DNA of 63,885 nt, counting the filler, from Guillardia theta CCMP2712 (lineage: Eukaryota > Protista > Cryptophyta): assembly GCF_000315625.1 (NCBI RefSeq). It is 6 parts of 6 records of this genome, joined end to end, with 100 filler letters (N's around TTAATTAATTAA, not from the genome) between each part and the next. Parts side by side here need not be neighbours in the genome. Positions count along the whole stretch, not along the records: positions 28,296 to 57,952 come from NW_005434417.1; positions 58,053 to 61,193 come from NW_005434475.1; 4 more parts are not named here. One strand, written 5' to 3'. Both the position numbers and the translations under genes were made by a program. The notes below the pieces were generated by a model. The model was not told the origin of the DNA. It saw only the letters and a program-made list of their open reading frames with translations, and searched no databases. Shown piece after piece: positions 48,759 through 61,100 of this stretch (the first letter of the stretch is position 1; every line of letters starts with the position of its first letter).

Positions 48759-49107
48759 TGCTCTGCTGTTCGACAACAATCTTGTTTACAGTAGTTCTTG
48801 CTCTGCTGTTCGACAACAATCTTGTTTACAGTAGTTCTTGCTCTGCTGTTCGACAACAATCTTGTTTACAGTAGTTCTTGCTCTGCTGTTCGACAACAAT
48901 CTTGTTTACAGTAGTTCTTGCTCTGCTGTTCGACAACAATCTTGTTTACAGTAGTTCTTGCTCTGCTGTTCGACAACAATCTTGTTTACAGTAGTTCTTG
49001 CTCTGCTGTTCGACAACAATCTTGTTTACAGTAGTTCTTGCTCTGCTGTTCGACAACAATCTTGTTTACAGTAGTTCTTGCTCTGCTGTTCGACAACAAT
49101 CTTGTTT
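48759..49107. repeat. 40-bp perfect minisatellite, about 8.7 copies
   Basis: Unit tgctctgctgttcgacaacaatcttgtttacagtagttct, with no spacers. Confidence 0.97.
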
Positions 49108-50547
49108 TCTCTCTCTTTCTCTGATTTTGTTGAACCTCTACATGTGTCTCATGCTTTCAGGTACAAGGACCCCCACCAACACCTTTCCAGTACCCCACCG
49201 TCTCCGTCCCCCGTGAGTACCCCCCATTTACCACCTATGTACCCCACCCACAGACCCTCCAAAGTGCTTTTAGTGGAGGTACACACCCTTAGGAGTCGGG
49301 TAGAAAAACACCCTTAGGAGTGCTACCCCTACCCCTCAATTCCCATTGAAACCACCCCCCTTCCCTCCTCCCTCCGAGCGTTATATGAGACTCGCAACCG
49401 TAAGTCCGAGAGTCAGTCGGACCGCCCCGCCGGCCCGGGGGCCGCCGGGAGAAGGCCGCTCGGGGCCCAGGCCGGGCCCGCCGGTCACTGTTCAGTTGTT
49501 ACGCTTAGGCAGAGTCCGACATAGGCTTGAAATGACGAGTTCTTCGATTCTCCGATCATGGCATCCAACGCTTCCTGTCGAGTTCGGATACACTTACAGC
49601 TGCTCCCAGTCCCTTCAAGGCTTCAAGTTGGCGGCCCGGCTTCAAGTTGAGATGGCGGCTAGGAAAGCCCTCTCTTCGTCCCACACCGTCACCGTGGCCG
49701 TCTTGAAAACACGTCAGTCGTCTTGGTTTACAGGAGAGTTTTTGTTAACTCGGCGCTACTAGCCTATCTGCCTGGCCGCACGGCTGGCACTGTAGTACGA
49801 TCCATCAAACTTCCTCAGTGCTGAGAGGTGGTCTCGTGCCTTCATCGTAAGGCCTCCCCTGTCTCGTTCCATGATTGGCAGCCTGGTAATACTTCAGTGG
49901 CAAGTCTTCCCACTAGCCGTTATTGAGATGGCCATATCCTGTCACTTGCCGCGCTGTCCTGTCCGACGTACGGTAGAGTGATATAAGCCGCGTGACTCGC
50001 TGAGTCGCTTATCACCTGCTGCCATCCACTATGATGGGTCCTACTCAGTAGCTAGCCGGGTTCCGAGGCTTGCTGTACGTCCGATCGTCCGACCGGTCCC
50101 GGGCCGCTATGTAGTCCTTTCCGTGCAGGCTGAGCTTGTGCGGCACAGAGCCACAACGACCCGGCGTACTGCTTGACATGACCTCAGTGGCAGTGAGGCC
50201 CGGTGAGTCAACTTGGCATCAGTCACCGTTGAAGGGCCTCGCCCGGGCCCGACCGGGCCGCGTGGCGGGCCGGCGGCGGCGGGTGACCGCCGGAGTCACT
50301 CAATCCCTCAGTCAGTCCCCTCAGCGCCCCTCCTGAGTGTCAGCGCCCGGCCCGCCGGGGCCCAGCCTGGGCCGGTCCGCCGGGCCCTCCGGGGTTATGA
50401 GGGGGATGAAAGTTTGTTTCTGCCGTTTCACTCAGTTCGATTTTTGAAGGAGGGGAAGAGAGAAAGAGAGGGAGAAGAAGCGAGGTCAGAGACAGTGGCT
50501 ATCTTGAGAGGAAGGACGAAGCACGGTGAGAATCCCTAGCAGGGATC

Positions 50548-53500
50548 ATGTTCACAGATGTCACAGCAGTGTCAGAGATGTTCTCATTTGACAACTGCTC
50601 ACGAGCTGTATGGTTGCGTGACAGTAAACAAGTCTGGGTTGAGGGGGAAGTACTTGGGTCGGGGTCAGCAGGGAGGCTTCGATGCCGTACGAGCGAGGGA
50701 GAGGTGAGGGAGGTGGAGGCAGACCATGTCGCCCTCAAGAACCCGCGAGCTGAGCAGACCATGGCCGACCTGACGTCCCTGACTCAACTTGACGAGCCAA
50801 ACGTGCTCTTCAACCTTCAGTCTCGCTTCCTCGAGCTCTGCATCTACACCTGGACCGGCCCGATCCTCCTCGCCGTCAACCCCTGGCACACGATCGAGGG
50901 CCTCTACAGCAGAGCAAGCATGGCAAGCTTCATTCGCGACCGCCAGCGGCGCCTCTCTCCCCACGTCTACTCGGTTGCTCATCGCGCGTACGAGAGCCTG
51001 TCGAGCACGCAGAGAAGTCAGTCTATCCTGGTGAGCGGCGAGAGCGGATCAGGGAAGACAGAGACGACGAAGCATCTCCTGCAGTACCTCGCTGCTTCCA
51101 GCTCTCACTCTTCCTCCCCCCCCCCCGGCGAGCATGAGCTCTCCTTGCAGCATATGAGCATGGAGCAGCAGGTCCTACTGACTAACCCCATCCTCGAAGC
51201 CTTCGGCAACGCCAAGACTGTGAGAAACGGTGCTGGAGGCGTGCGATGAGGAACGAGACTGACGTAGGTGCAGACAACTCCTCGCGATTCGGGAAGCTGT
51301 TGATCCTTCAGTTCCAAGAAGAGGTGGAGCAGGCAAGCGATGCGAGGAGGATGCGAATGTGTGGAGCAAAGATAGAGACTTACCTGCTGGAGAAGTCGAG
51401 GGTGGTGCGACAGGGAGGGGGGGAGAGCAACTACCACATCTTCGAGGCTCTCAGAGACAGCTTGCTTGCTCGCTCCCCTGCCTCCTCCTCTCGCTTGCCT
51501 CCTCTGCCCCCCGAGATTCAGTTGGGTCTCGGCGTTCAAGACTTTCGCATCCTCGGCTCGTCGTCTTCGGCTCATCCTGTAGTTTCGCCGCCATGTCGCT
51601 TGCTGGAGGTGTACGAGGCACTCGCGTCCATCGGAGTCAGCGACCAGCAGTGGCTCGACCTCACCCGCGTCCTCCTCGCGCTCCTTCACCTCGGAAACTG
51701 CGACTTCATGGCTGACACCTCCAGCAGCAGCACCAGCGACGTTGACACTGCCCGTCTGCGTTCCAGCAGTGATGTGGAAGTGGCGGCGAGGCTGCTGGGG
51801 TGCGAGGAGGAGGAGCTGGTGAAGGGGCTGCTTGAGCGGCGAGTCAAGACGGTGGAGGAGAGCGTAACGATCTGCAACAGCCGAGAGAAGGCGGAGACAG
51901 CACGCGACTCGCTGATGAAAGCTCTTTACGGCCTCCTCTTCCACTGGATCGTCTCCAGAGTCAACGACTCCCTCGCCACGCCCACAGGACGCGAACTCAG
52001 AAGCTGCAGCAGCGGCTCCAGCAGCGGCTCCAGCAGCGGTCGGAGGGATGGCTCAAGGTCGGTGAGCATTGGGGTGCTTGACATCTTCGGCTTCGAGTTG
52101 TTGGAGAGGAACGGCTTCGAGCAGCTCTGCATCAACTATGCCAATGAAAAGCTTCAGCTGCAGGTGTGTTCGAGCTCCTGCAAGCTCTTCTCCTCCATCC
52201 TGCCCTGCCCTGTCCTAACCTCTGCTCTGCTCTGCTCTGCTCTCTGGTGTGCTCGAACTCCTGGCACTCGGCCTGACGCTGCTTGGTAGTTCAACGAATT
52301 TGTGTTCAAGGAGGAACAGGAGGAGTACCGCAGGGAAGGCATCCCCTGGGAACTGGTCAGCTACAAGGACAACCAGCCATGCATCGACCTGATCGAGGGC
52401 AGAGGTCTCTAGGCTCCTTCCCCCTCGCCTCTGACCGTGAGAGCAGGAGGACTTCTGGCGCTGCTCGACGAAGAGTGTCGCGTGCCTCGAGGAAGCGACG
52501 ACGGGTTCGTGTCCAAGGCTCGGGGGATGCAGCAGGAGCATCTCAAGGCGCCAAAGAGAGAGCGGGAAGCGTTTGCTATCCTCCATTACGCTGGAGAAGT
52601 CTGCTACAGCAGCCGAGGGTTTGTCGACACCAACAGGGACCTCGTCTCGCAGGACTTGCTCGCCCTCCTTGGCTCCTCTCGCTGTTCGCTGCTCTCCCAC
52701 ATGATGCAGGTGGACAAGCGGGCAGGAAGGAGCAGCATGCCTGGCAGGCGGAGAGAAGCGAGGCAGGAGACGATTGCCTCTGAGTTCAAGCAGCAGCTCA
52801 CTTGCTTGACGGCATCCCTCGTCGAGACCGACCGGCACTACGTGCGATGCCTCAACTCCAACGCCCTCAAGCTCCCCCACAAGTTCGACAAGCCGCTAGT
52901 GGCGCATCAGCTGCGTTGCAACGGAGTGGTGGAGGCTGTGCGGGTGGTGCGGGCTGGTTTCACGGGGAGGTACGGGAGGAAAGAGTTCGAGTCTGCCTTC
53001 GCCTCGCTCGCCGGGAGGAGGAGAGGAGGGGAGGCGAGCACGAACGAGGCCATCTCCGACGTTCTGAGGTGAGCGCGTGCCTGCTCCTCTGCTCCTGACC
53101 TCAGCGCGTGCAGGCTTGCGGGGTTGAGGAGGGGCGAGGACTACGAGATCGGAGCATCCAAGGTGTTCCTGCGGGAGGGGAGGATCCACAAGGTGCAGGA
53201 GCTGCTCGCAAGCTTGTATCAAACTTCCGTCTGCTCCTTGCAAGCACGAGCCCTCGCCTGCCTCGCGCGCAGGCAGCTGAGCATGCGGCGACTGAGCTGC
53301 GTCAAGATCCAGCGATGGCACCGGGCGATGAGGGCGAGGAGAGACACCTGCCTGCTGGTGCTCGGCCACGTGCGCAGGCTTCAATCCGCCATGCGCATGC
53401 GCAGGCGTCGCTCGTTCCTGTTGGAGAGGAGACAGGCAGTCTTGTCCATGCAGCGATGGTGGAGGAGGAGCTTGCAGCACGCTCTCGCTCGCTCCCTCGC

Positions 53501-54074
53501 ACTCGCCCGTCGGCCACGGCTTTCAAGGCTTGGGAACGCGTTTGTGGATGCGATGCTGGAGGAGCTTGAGGAGAAGAGAAGAAGCGTCGAGCAGCTCGAG
53601 AGCCTCACGGCCTCCCTCCTCCAGCAGCTGCAGGACTGCGACACGGAGCTGCAGCGCAGTCGGATGGAGAGACTGAAAGAGGAGGCCAAGTACGCCTGCG
53701 CGATAGAGGAGCTCGAAGGAAAGGTCTTCGCACAGAGCCAGCGGGCTGAGGAGGCTGAGGAGCTGGTGCTGCAAGCCAAGACATCCATCCATCGCATCCG
53801 GGAGGAGCGAGACGAGCTGCGGCAGCGATGCTCTCTGCTTTCCGCTGACTGCGAGGAGATGAGGGAGGAGATGAAGAGGATGGAGAAGGCAAGGCAGAGG
53901 CTGCAGCAGGAGAGCGACTTCCGACAGACGCGTGTGCTGGAGCTGTTGAACCATCGGAACCTGCTCAACGGCTCCAGCAAATCTCGAGTAGTCATCAAGA
54001 AGTCTCCTCCTCAATGGAAGTGGAACCGACTGCAGGAGCGAGAGCGAGCGAGCAAGCCTACGCTGAGCGGATAA
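50548..54074 (+). CDS. Myosin heavy chain (SH3-like N-terminus, motor, IQ motifs, short coiled-coil tail)
   Basis: [81 protein letters not shown] and [12 protein letters not shown]. Confidence 0.95.
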
Positions 54075-54192
54075 TAAGAAGTAGCGACGACTCTAGCTCC
54101 CTCTCCAGCTCTCCTTCTCCACTGAGCTTCCGAAGTTCACTGAGGCCCTGAGTCAGTCGGCCGCGGCCACTGAGCCTGAGGCTCGGAGAGTC

Positions 54193-54266
54193 GGGCCTCC
54201 GAGTCCGGGCCTCCGGGCCTCCGGGCCTCCGGGCCTCCGGGCCTCCGAGTCCGGGCCTCCGGGCCT
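54193..54266. repeat. 9-bp (GGGCCTCCG-like) tandem repeat
   Basis: Direct reading; lies between the myosin stop and the next ATG. Confidence 0.85.
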
Positions 54267-54301
54267 TCCCTTTTGTAGTCTGCCAAGACAAAGTGTGCTG
54301 A

Positions 54302-56816
54302 ATGAGAGCGAGTCGATCCATGCTGGCTAGACTGACGCTGCTGCTCACGCTGCTGCTGCTCTCCTCCTCACCCACCCCCTCCTCCACCTCCTCACCCACC
54401 CCCTCCTCCACCTCCTCACCCACCCCCTCCTCCTCCTCCTCATCCACCACACCCTCCACCTCCTCACCCTCCTCGTCCTCACCCTGCATGGACTCAGATC
54501 CCAACTGCTTGTCCTTTGCCATGGCGGGCGAGTGCAGGTGAGAGCTTAAGGAGATGCTGCATCTGACACAGTCTCAGTTGGAACGACTACGTGAAGAGCG
54601 CATGTAGCGGAGGATGTGAAGAGAGGAAGGGCCTGACGGCTGCATACAGGCAGAGCCTCCTGTAACTCCTGCCATGCGCCTGTAGACGAGAGAAGCGAGA
54701 GCGAAGCGTCGTTGAACAGCATCCCTCTCCTCTTCCAGGGACGAATCCAAAGTTCTGTCGAGGGAGTGGAGGTAGAGAGGAAAGAGCCAACAATGGTCAG
54801 CGGAGGAGGAGAGATCCGCGCGTTCCTTCCTCTCCTGTCTGCCTGCTGCTGCTGGGGGAGTCAGGTAATGATCCGCTACGAGGTCACAGGAGAGAAGCTT
54901 GTGCCTGATCAAGGCATCGTCTTCCTGCACATGGACGGGGAGGAGAGGGAGGCCATGCCGTTCTCCCGAGGAGAGTTTCACCTGCTCCTCGCCCACCCAG
55001 GCCTCTACCATCTCCAACTCTCCGTCGACTCGCACGACCGGCTTCAGCGCTTTCTGCTCCTCCCCTTCTCCGTCAATGTCAGCGAGCATGGGTGGCAGAC
55101 AAGCAGCACACCAGACGAGCCATGCGCGGAGCCCTCGGTGTCATCGTCAAGTGAGGACGGCGAGCGAGTGCTCCCGCACTCTCTCAGGCGACTCTCGTCC
55201 TCCCCCTGCCCCGTCCACTGCCTCGACACCGAGGTCGCTTGCCTGTCGCTCTCGCTGTCGGAGTGAAGACCCTCGAGCAGGCGCTGCAGGAGCGAAGAGA
55301 CGCGGCGGCGATGGAGCTGGACGAGCACGCGGTGCCCTCGCCTCTCCTCTCCCTCCTCGTCCTCACTCTCCTCGCAGGCAGCAGCAGCTCGCAAGCCGTT
55401 TGTTGTTCAAGTGGGAGCATGTGACGGGCGGAGTTTCGACCCCCTTCACAAGTAAGTGAGGAGGAGGCAGGGGAGGATGAAGCAGAGGAGGCAGAGAAAT
55501 GTCTGAGCGTCTTGCAGGTACATCATTGATCGAGGATGGCATGGCGTCCTAGTTGAGCCACTTCCTGACCTTTTCCAGTCCCTCAAGGTTCCGTGCTGCC
55601 TCTGCTGCCTCTGCTGCTGCTGCTCCTGAGCTTTTTGCCTTGGCTTGCTTCGTGCTGCTTTCTCTTGCTTCCGCTTACACACCAGTAGGAAACGTACAAG
55701 CACAGTGAAGGACTGAAGTTTGCCAACGTTGCTGTGACCGACCCCGACCAGGTTTTAGTCTTCATCCTCCCCCTCGTCTCTCTCCTCCTCCCTCTTGCTC
55801 TCACCTCCTCCTCCACCACCACATCTTCTTCTCCTCCCCTTCTTCCTTGTACTCTTCATCTTCAACTCGATCCTTCCCTGCTTCCTCCTCTTCCTCATCT
55901 CCTGTCATGGTGCCTGCAGGTCTGCGAAATGTTTCGGGTGCCGCGGGCACTTGTGGATGAAGAGGAAGTGCCCGACTGGGTAGCTGACCCCCCACCTTGC
56001 TCCTCTCCAAAATTCTCGTCTTCGTCCTCGTCCTTCTCCTCTCACATACCTGTAGGCCGTTGGAATCTCTTCCTTCTTCAACGATCGCTCCGTGAGTGGA
56101 AACTCGTCCTCCCTCCTCCCTCCTCCCTCCTCCTCCTCCCGCCTTTCTCTACTTCTCCTCGCGTCATCTAATCTTCTATCTTGCAAGGCCATCTCAGGGA
56201 TCGGAGCAGCGCAAGAAGATTTTGAGCTTTACTCGCAGAGGTCAGAGAACTCCTCCTCCTCCTCCTCCTCCTCTCCTCCTCCTGCTCCTCTCCTCCTCCT
56301 CCTCTCCTCCTCCTCTTCTGCTCTGCCTAACGATCAAACAGAGTCATCAAACAGAAGGTTACATGCGTAACCTTGAGCGAGGTTTCCCGTCTCCCACCTT
56401 CTCTCTTTCTTTCTCCTTTCTTCTTCCCGTCTGGCTCTGCCTCTCCTCTCACTTCCCCAGCAGCTGTTCTCCTCGCACCAGGTGGAGCGTATCGACTGGT
56501 TCCAGGTGGACGCGGAGGGATACGACGCCAGCATCCTCAAGCAGCTCGACCTCCCTCGCTGGCGCCCAGCCGTCATTAGCATGGTGCTCCAATGCTGCTG
56601 CTGCTGCTGCTGCTGCTTCTCCTTGCTCGACTACATGGTCTTCTGCTTTCTCTCCCCTGACTGATCCCTTCTCGCTTTCCTCCCTCACCTAACTCGCAGG
56701 AGACGATCAACTTGCAAGCCCAGGAGCTCGCGCAGGTTTACAGCAGCTTGACTACCTCGGGGTACGACGTCTGCTCGGATGGACGCGACCTACTCGCCCT
56801 CCTCACCTCCCCTTAA
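54302..56816 (+). CDS. Secreted FkbM-family methyltransferase with an S/T/P stalk and an ShK-like domain (multi-exon)
   Basis: Signal peptide, SSPT repeats and CMDSDPNCLSFAMAGEC..C..GC. Then FVVQVGACDGRSFDPL, GWHGVLVEPLP and IDWFQVDAEGYDASIL. Confidence 0.85.
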
Positions 56817-57279
56817 CCACCAGACTCTCCACCACCTCGTTTCTCCTCCTCCTCTTCTTCTTTTCTCCTCCTCCTCGTCTTCATCTTCGTCCTCGTCCTC
56901 GTCCTCGTCATCATCCTCGTCATCATCCTCGTCTTCATTTTCATCCTCGTCCTCGTCCTCATCCTCGTCCTCCTCGTTTTGCCTCCTCCCCTTGCGTGGC
57001 TCTACGTTCTGTTCTATTGTTTTATTACTTTCTGCTCCTTATCTTAGTTTGCTCGCGTAGTGCTGCACAAGTTTCTGTCAGCATCTCTCCTCCTCTCCCT
57101 CCTCCTCTTCCTCTCCTCCCCCTCTCCTCCTCCTCTTCCTCTCCTCCTCCTCTTCCTCTCCTCCCCCTCTTCCTCTCCCCCTCCTCTCCTCCTCCTCTTC
57201 CTCTCCTCCCCCTCTTCCTCCCCTCCCCCTCTTCCTCTCCCCCTCCTCTTCCCCCACTTCTCACCTTCACTAGTCGGGT

Positions 57280-57952
57280 CCTGCGCTGGGGGTCGCGGAG
57301 GATGAACATGACCACGAGAGAGGCGACGATGATGCAGACGAGGAAGACGCGGAGGAAGGGGAGGAGCTCCCAGCGTCGCAGAACTCCATGCTGAAGTTCG
57401 CAGCAGGCCAGAGATTCTTGTGCTTGCTCAAGCTGAAACAAGATTCAGCTGAGCGAGAGGGGGAAGCAGCGAAAGCAGCGAGGTTGTATGGGAGGTGACG
57501 GTTTCGGTAGTGAGGGGAGATGGGCGGAGAGAAGGGGAGAGAAGGGGGAGGGGGAGGAGAACGAGGGAGGAAGAAGGGGAGGACCTTGGAGGTGGTGGTA
57601 TCGAGGAGGAGGTGGGCCTGACGTAGGATGACGTCAGCTTTGAAGAACGCTTGCTGAAGGTGTGCGCGGTAAAGAAACTGAGCTGCCAGCGAAAGCTCCT
57701 CCTCCAACTCCAGCAGTCTCCCGTGTAGCTCTCCCAGCGTGCGCACAGCCGCTGAATGCGCTAAGCTGGGAGGAGGAGGAGAAGAGGAGGAGGAGGAGGC
57801 GAAGGCTGCGTCAGGGTTCGGATGGGAAGAGGAAGTCTCCGTCCTTTCTCCGAGACTGTCAAAGAGGAAACGAGAAGCGAAGGAGTCGAGGAGCGCAAGG
57901 GTGTCCTCGTCCCTTTCGTGCGAGGATTGGTTGGTGAGGAGGAGGAGGAGGG
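57280..57952 (+). CDS. Hypothetical acidic protein fragment, runs into a gap
   Basis: Exon-like blocks (EDEHDHERGDDD..MLKFAAGQRFLCLL). No family recognised. Confidence 0.3.
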
Positions 57953-58186
57953 NNNNNNNNNNNNNNNNNNNNNNNNNNNNNNNNNNNNNNNNNNNNTTAA
58001 TTAATTAANNNNNNNNNNNNNNNNNNNNNNNNNNNNNNNNNNNNNNNNNNNNTCTTTCAAGGATTTCTTCCATGATTTTTTATTTGAATGTAATATCAAA
58101 TATTTCTACTAAATTTTGAATATGTATGTACATTATGAAAAACATATTGAAAATGCCTGGTCCACGTGATCACACGCGCCGACGGC

Positions 58187-58902
58187 ATGTCCACGAATGG
58201 CTCCGTCCCTGCAGGTCAGAGGCGGGGCAGACCCCCTGCCCCCTCCTCCTTCCTCCATCCCCCTACATGCCCTGCTGCTTCATCTCGTGCCTCTCCGCCT
58301 TTCCTCACTTCCTGCCTCTCTCCTCGATATGCGTGGAGCTTCTTATCCGTCCCCTTCAGGGACCGTGGCACCGCCGAATCCTCAGGCCGCACCAGCACCA
58401 CCACCGGCAGGCTACGTACCGCCGAGTGCGTGCCAATCAGTTTGCCTCCTTGCATTTAGTTTTGATTGCCGATGCAGCATATGCTCCACAACAAGCGTAT
58501 CCTCAACAGGTGGACTAGTTACACACTTCACTCAGTTGATTTCAATTGCGTCAGGCATATCCAGGGTATCCTCCAGTTGCTCAGCCCTACGGTCCACTAG
58601 CTCGTCAGAATTGAAGACCTCCTGCAGCTAAACCTGCACACAGGCTACCCCCCTCAACCATATGGATACCCTCCTCAAGGATACCCAGGATATCCTGCAT
58701 ATCAGGTGAAGCAGCTTGCGCGAAGTGGACGGTTTTCTGATTCAATGATACCGTGTGTGAAAAGGCGATGCCCCCTGCGACTCCCATGGTTTCACCGCAT
58801 ATTCAGGTTCTCTTTGTTGATGAGAAGGGTGTCGGTGAACAGGTCAGCACAGAGACCGCCAACCACCCAGATATCGTTGCCGCCGCCGCCAACAACCAAC
58901 AC
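58187..58902 (+). CDS. P/Y/G/Q-rich N-terminus built from micro-exons (C-terminus in gap)
   Basis: MSTNGSVPA/GTVAPPNPQAAPAPPPAGYVPP/..AYAPQQAYPQQ/AYPGYPPVAQPY/GYPPQPYGYPPQGYPGYPAYQ, with GT-AG introns. Confidence 0.6.
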
Positions 58903-59670
58903 NNNNNNNNNNNNNNNNNNNNNNNNNNNNNNNNNNNNNNNNNNNNNNNNNNNNNNNNNNNNNNNNNNNNNNNNNNNNNNNNNNNNNNNNNNNNNNNNNN
59001 NNNNNNNNNNNNNNNNNNNNNNNNNNNNNNNNNNNNNNNNNNNNNNNNNNNNNNNNNNNNNNNNNNNNNNNNNNNNNNNNNNNNNNNNNNNNNNNNNNNN
59101 NNNNNNNNNNNNNNNNNNNNNNNNNNNNNNNNNNNNNNNNNNNNNNNNNNNNNNNNNNNNNNNNNNNNNNNNNAGCTTAGCCAGTGCTATTTCTTTTCGG
59201 GGGCATTTGGATCCTCTCATTCAGGATTGAGCCTTGTCGTTTGTCTCTAATCCTCTCATTCAAAATTGAGTCTTAAAGCTTGCTTGAAGCGCAGGTCGCG
59301 AATGAGAACTAGCATATTCAGCCGGATAAGAGAGAGAGGGGACATGGCCGGAATTGGCACGAACAGCGGGAAGGGGGGGGATGTTGGTTCATGCCAGTCA
59401 GGGCAGGCAATGCTGCGGCTGGAGGGGATGAGGGCTATTCATTACCGCGACCAATGATAGAGGAGGGCGAAATTGGACGGGTCAGGTGATGAATTCATGT
59501 TTCTTCAGCATAGCCCAGCTGAGCTTGTGTTGAAGCTTGTCACATCGAGCACTGCCCGTGTCCTTACACATTCAGGGAGTCCATCAGCTTGTGTGAGGCT
59601 GACCAGGTCAGAGAACTTTCTCCGCATGCTGTGAGGAAGGGAAGAGAAGCTCGCACTGGAAGCTCCAGCG

Positions 59671-61100
59671 ATGGACCTCTTCACCAACCCCATGAGTCTC
59701 AAGATGCTGGTTCCAGAGGAAACAGTTCAATCTCTTTCTGACAGAGGACAAGACATGAAAGTCTCCTTCCTTGATGCGGGGGTGCACGGGGGGCAACGAG
59801 CTTCAGGTCTGGTCAACGATCCGTCGATCGCAAGCCTTCCATCGTGCCCAGCAGGCCTCGCTCGCCTAGCAGGAGCGTCTCGCGTTGTCCAGGTGCGCGT
59901 CAGCCTGCCTTGAGAGACGTGACGGATGAGGAAACAGGAGACGGATGGCAGCCATGAGACTTTTATGCAAGGGCTAGCGCACAGGGATGAGCACCAGGAG
60001 CATGAGGAAGGCGGGAGAGGAGCGACGGGCAAGGACAGCGAGGGGGGAGTCGAAGGTAGAGTCTGAGAACCCAGGAGGAGGGAGTGACTTACATGTTGTT
60101 GAAGATGCATCAACTGGAAGGGAGCACAAGAAGTGAGATGCATGCTTGCAGCTCTCATCTCTCCTAACACACCTCTCGCAGGAATTGTCATTTCTGCCAG
60201 CACGTCAAGGTGAAGAAGGGACGGTCAATGGTCGCATGTGAGACGCCGGTGCGGGCATCATGTTTTTGGACCTTGTGCCTAGTGACTCGTTGTCTGATCT
60301 GACGTTTTCCTTGTTCTGCTCACCTCTTGCCTGGTCCCCTCGCTACGTCTCTTCCTCTTCCATCTCCTCCGTGCTGTCGCAGGGCTGTACGTTGCGATTT
60401 TGCGTGCACTGTTTGAATACGCAATTCACTCAAGAGGTGAGTGCAAAACTTCTCACAGAGCCACGAAGAGTAATTAATGGATGGGGAGATAGAGAAGAAG
60501 GGTAGAGAAAGATGGAATGGGGAGGGAGGAAGGGAGGGAGGGAAGGAGGGTAGGAGGGAGGGAGGAGGAGGAGGAGAAGGGTTGACAAGGATTCCGAAGG
60601 TGGAGGAGGTGTGGAGGATGAACGTGAACGGGAAGTGGAGTTGCCCTCTCTGCAAGCAGATCTGCTGCTGCACCAAGATCCCCCGCCTGTGCGACGAACT
60701 TCACCGACACTGCAAGGCATACAGGTGAGGAGAGGAGGGGAGTGGGAGAGAACGGAAGAGGGAGCCGGTCAGGGAGAGCAGTGGACAGTGAGCAAGGGGA
60801 GCTGGAGCAGCAGATACCGCAGGGGCTCGCGCAACGAGTGCAGTAGCGAGTAAAAGCGAGTTCCAAGAGGTTGCAGGCTGAGGGCGCGAGTGAGAAGAGG
60901 GAGCATGTGGTGACCTGACGTGTTGAAGAGTCGGAGAAGGTCTGGAGAGGAGGAGCTGACCCGGATGTTGGTAGATATCGAGACAAGAGAGCACAGGAGC
61001 AGTCGCGCAGGTGTAAGGACAGGTAAGAACACAAACAAGAATCAGTCCTCCTCCTCTTCCCTCTCCTCCATCTCCTCCCTCTCCTCCCTCTCCTCCTCCC
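59671..61100 (+). CDS. zf-4CXXC_R1 (CDCA7-like) zinc-finger protein (multi-exon, ends uncertain)
   Basis: RNCHFCQHVK, GCTLRFCVHCLNTQF and KWSCPLCKQICCC..C..HRHCKAYR. Confidence 0.65.

Noticed and set aside
48759-49107. 40-bp (and 30-bp, 14-bp) arrays as CRISPR
   Set aside because: Units are directly adjacent with no unique spacers, there are no cas genes, and the context is eukaryotic.
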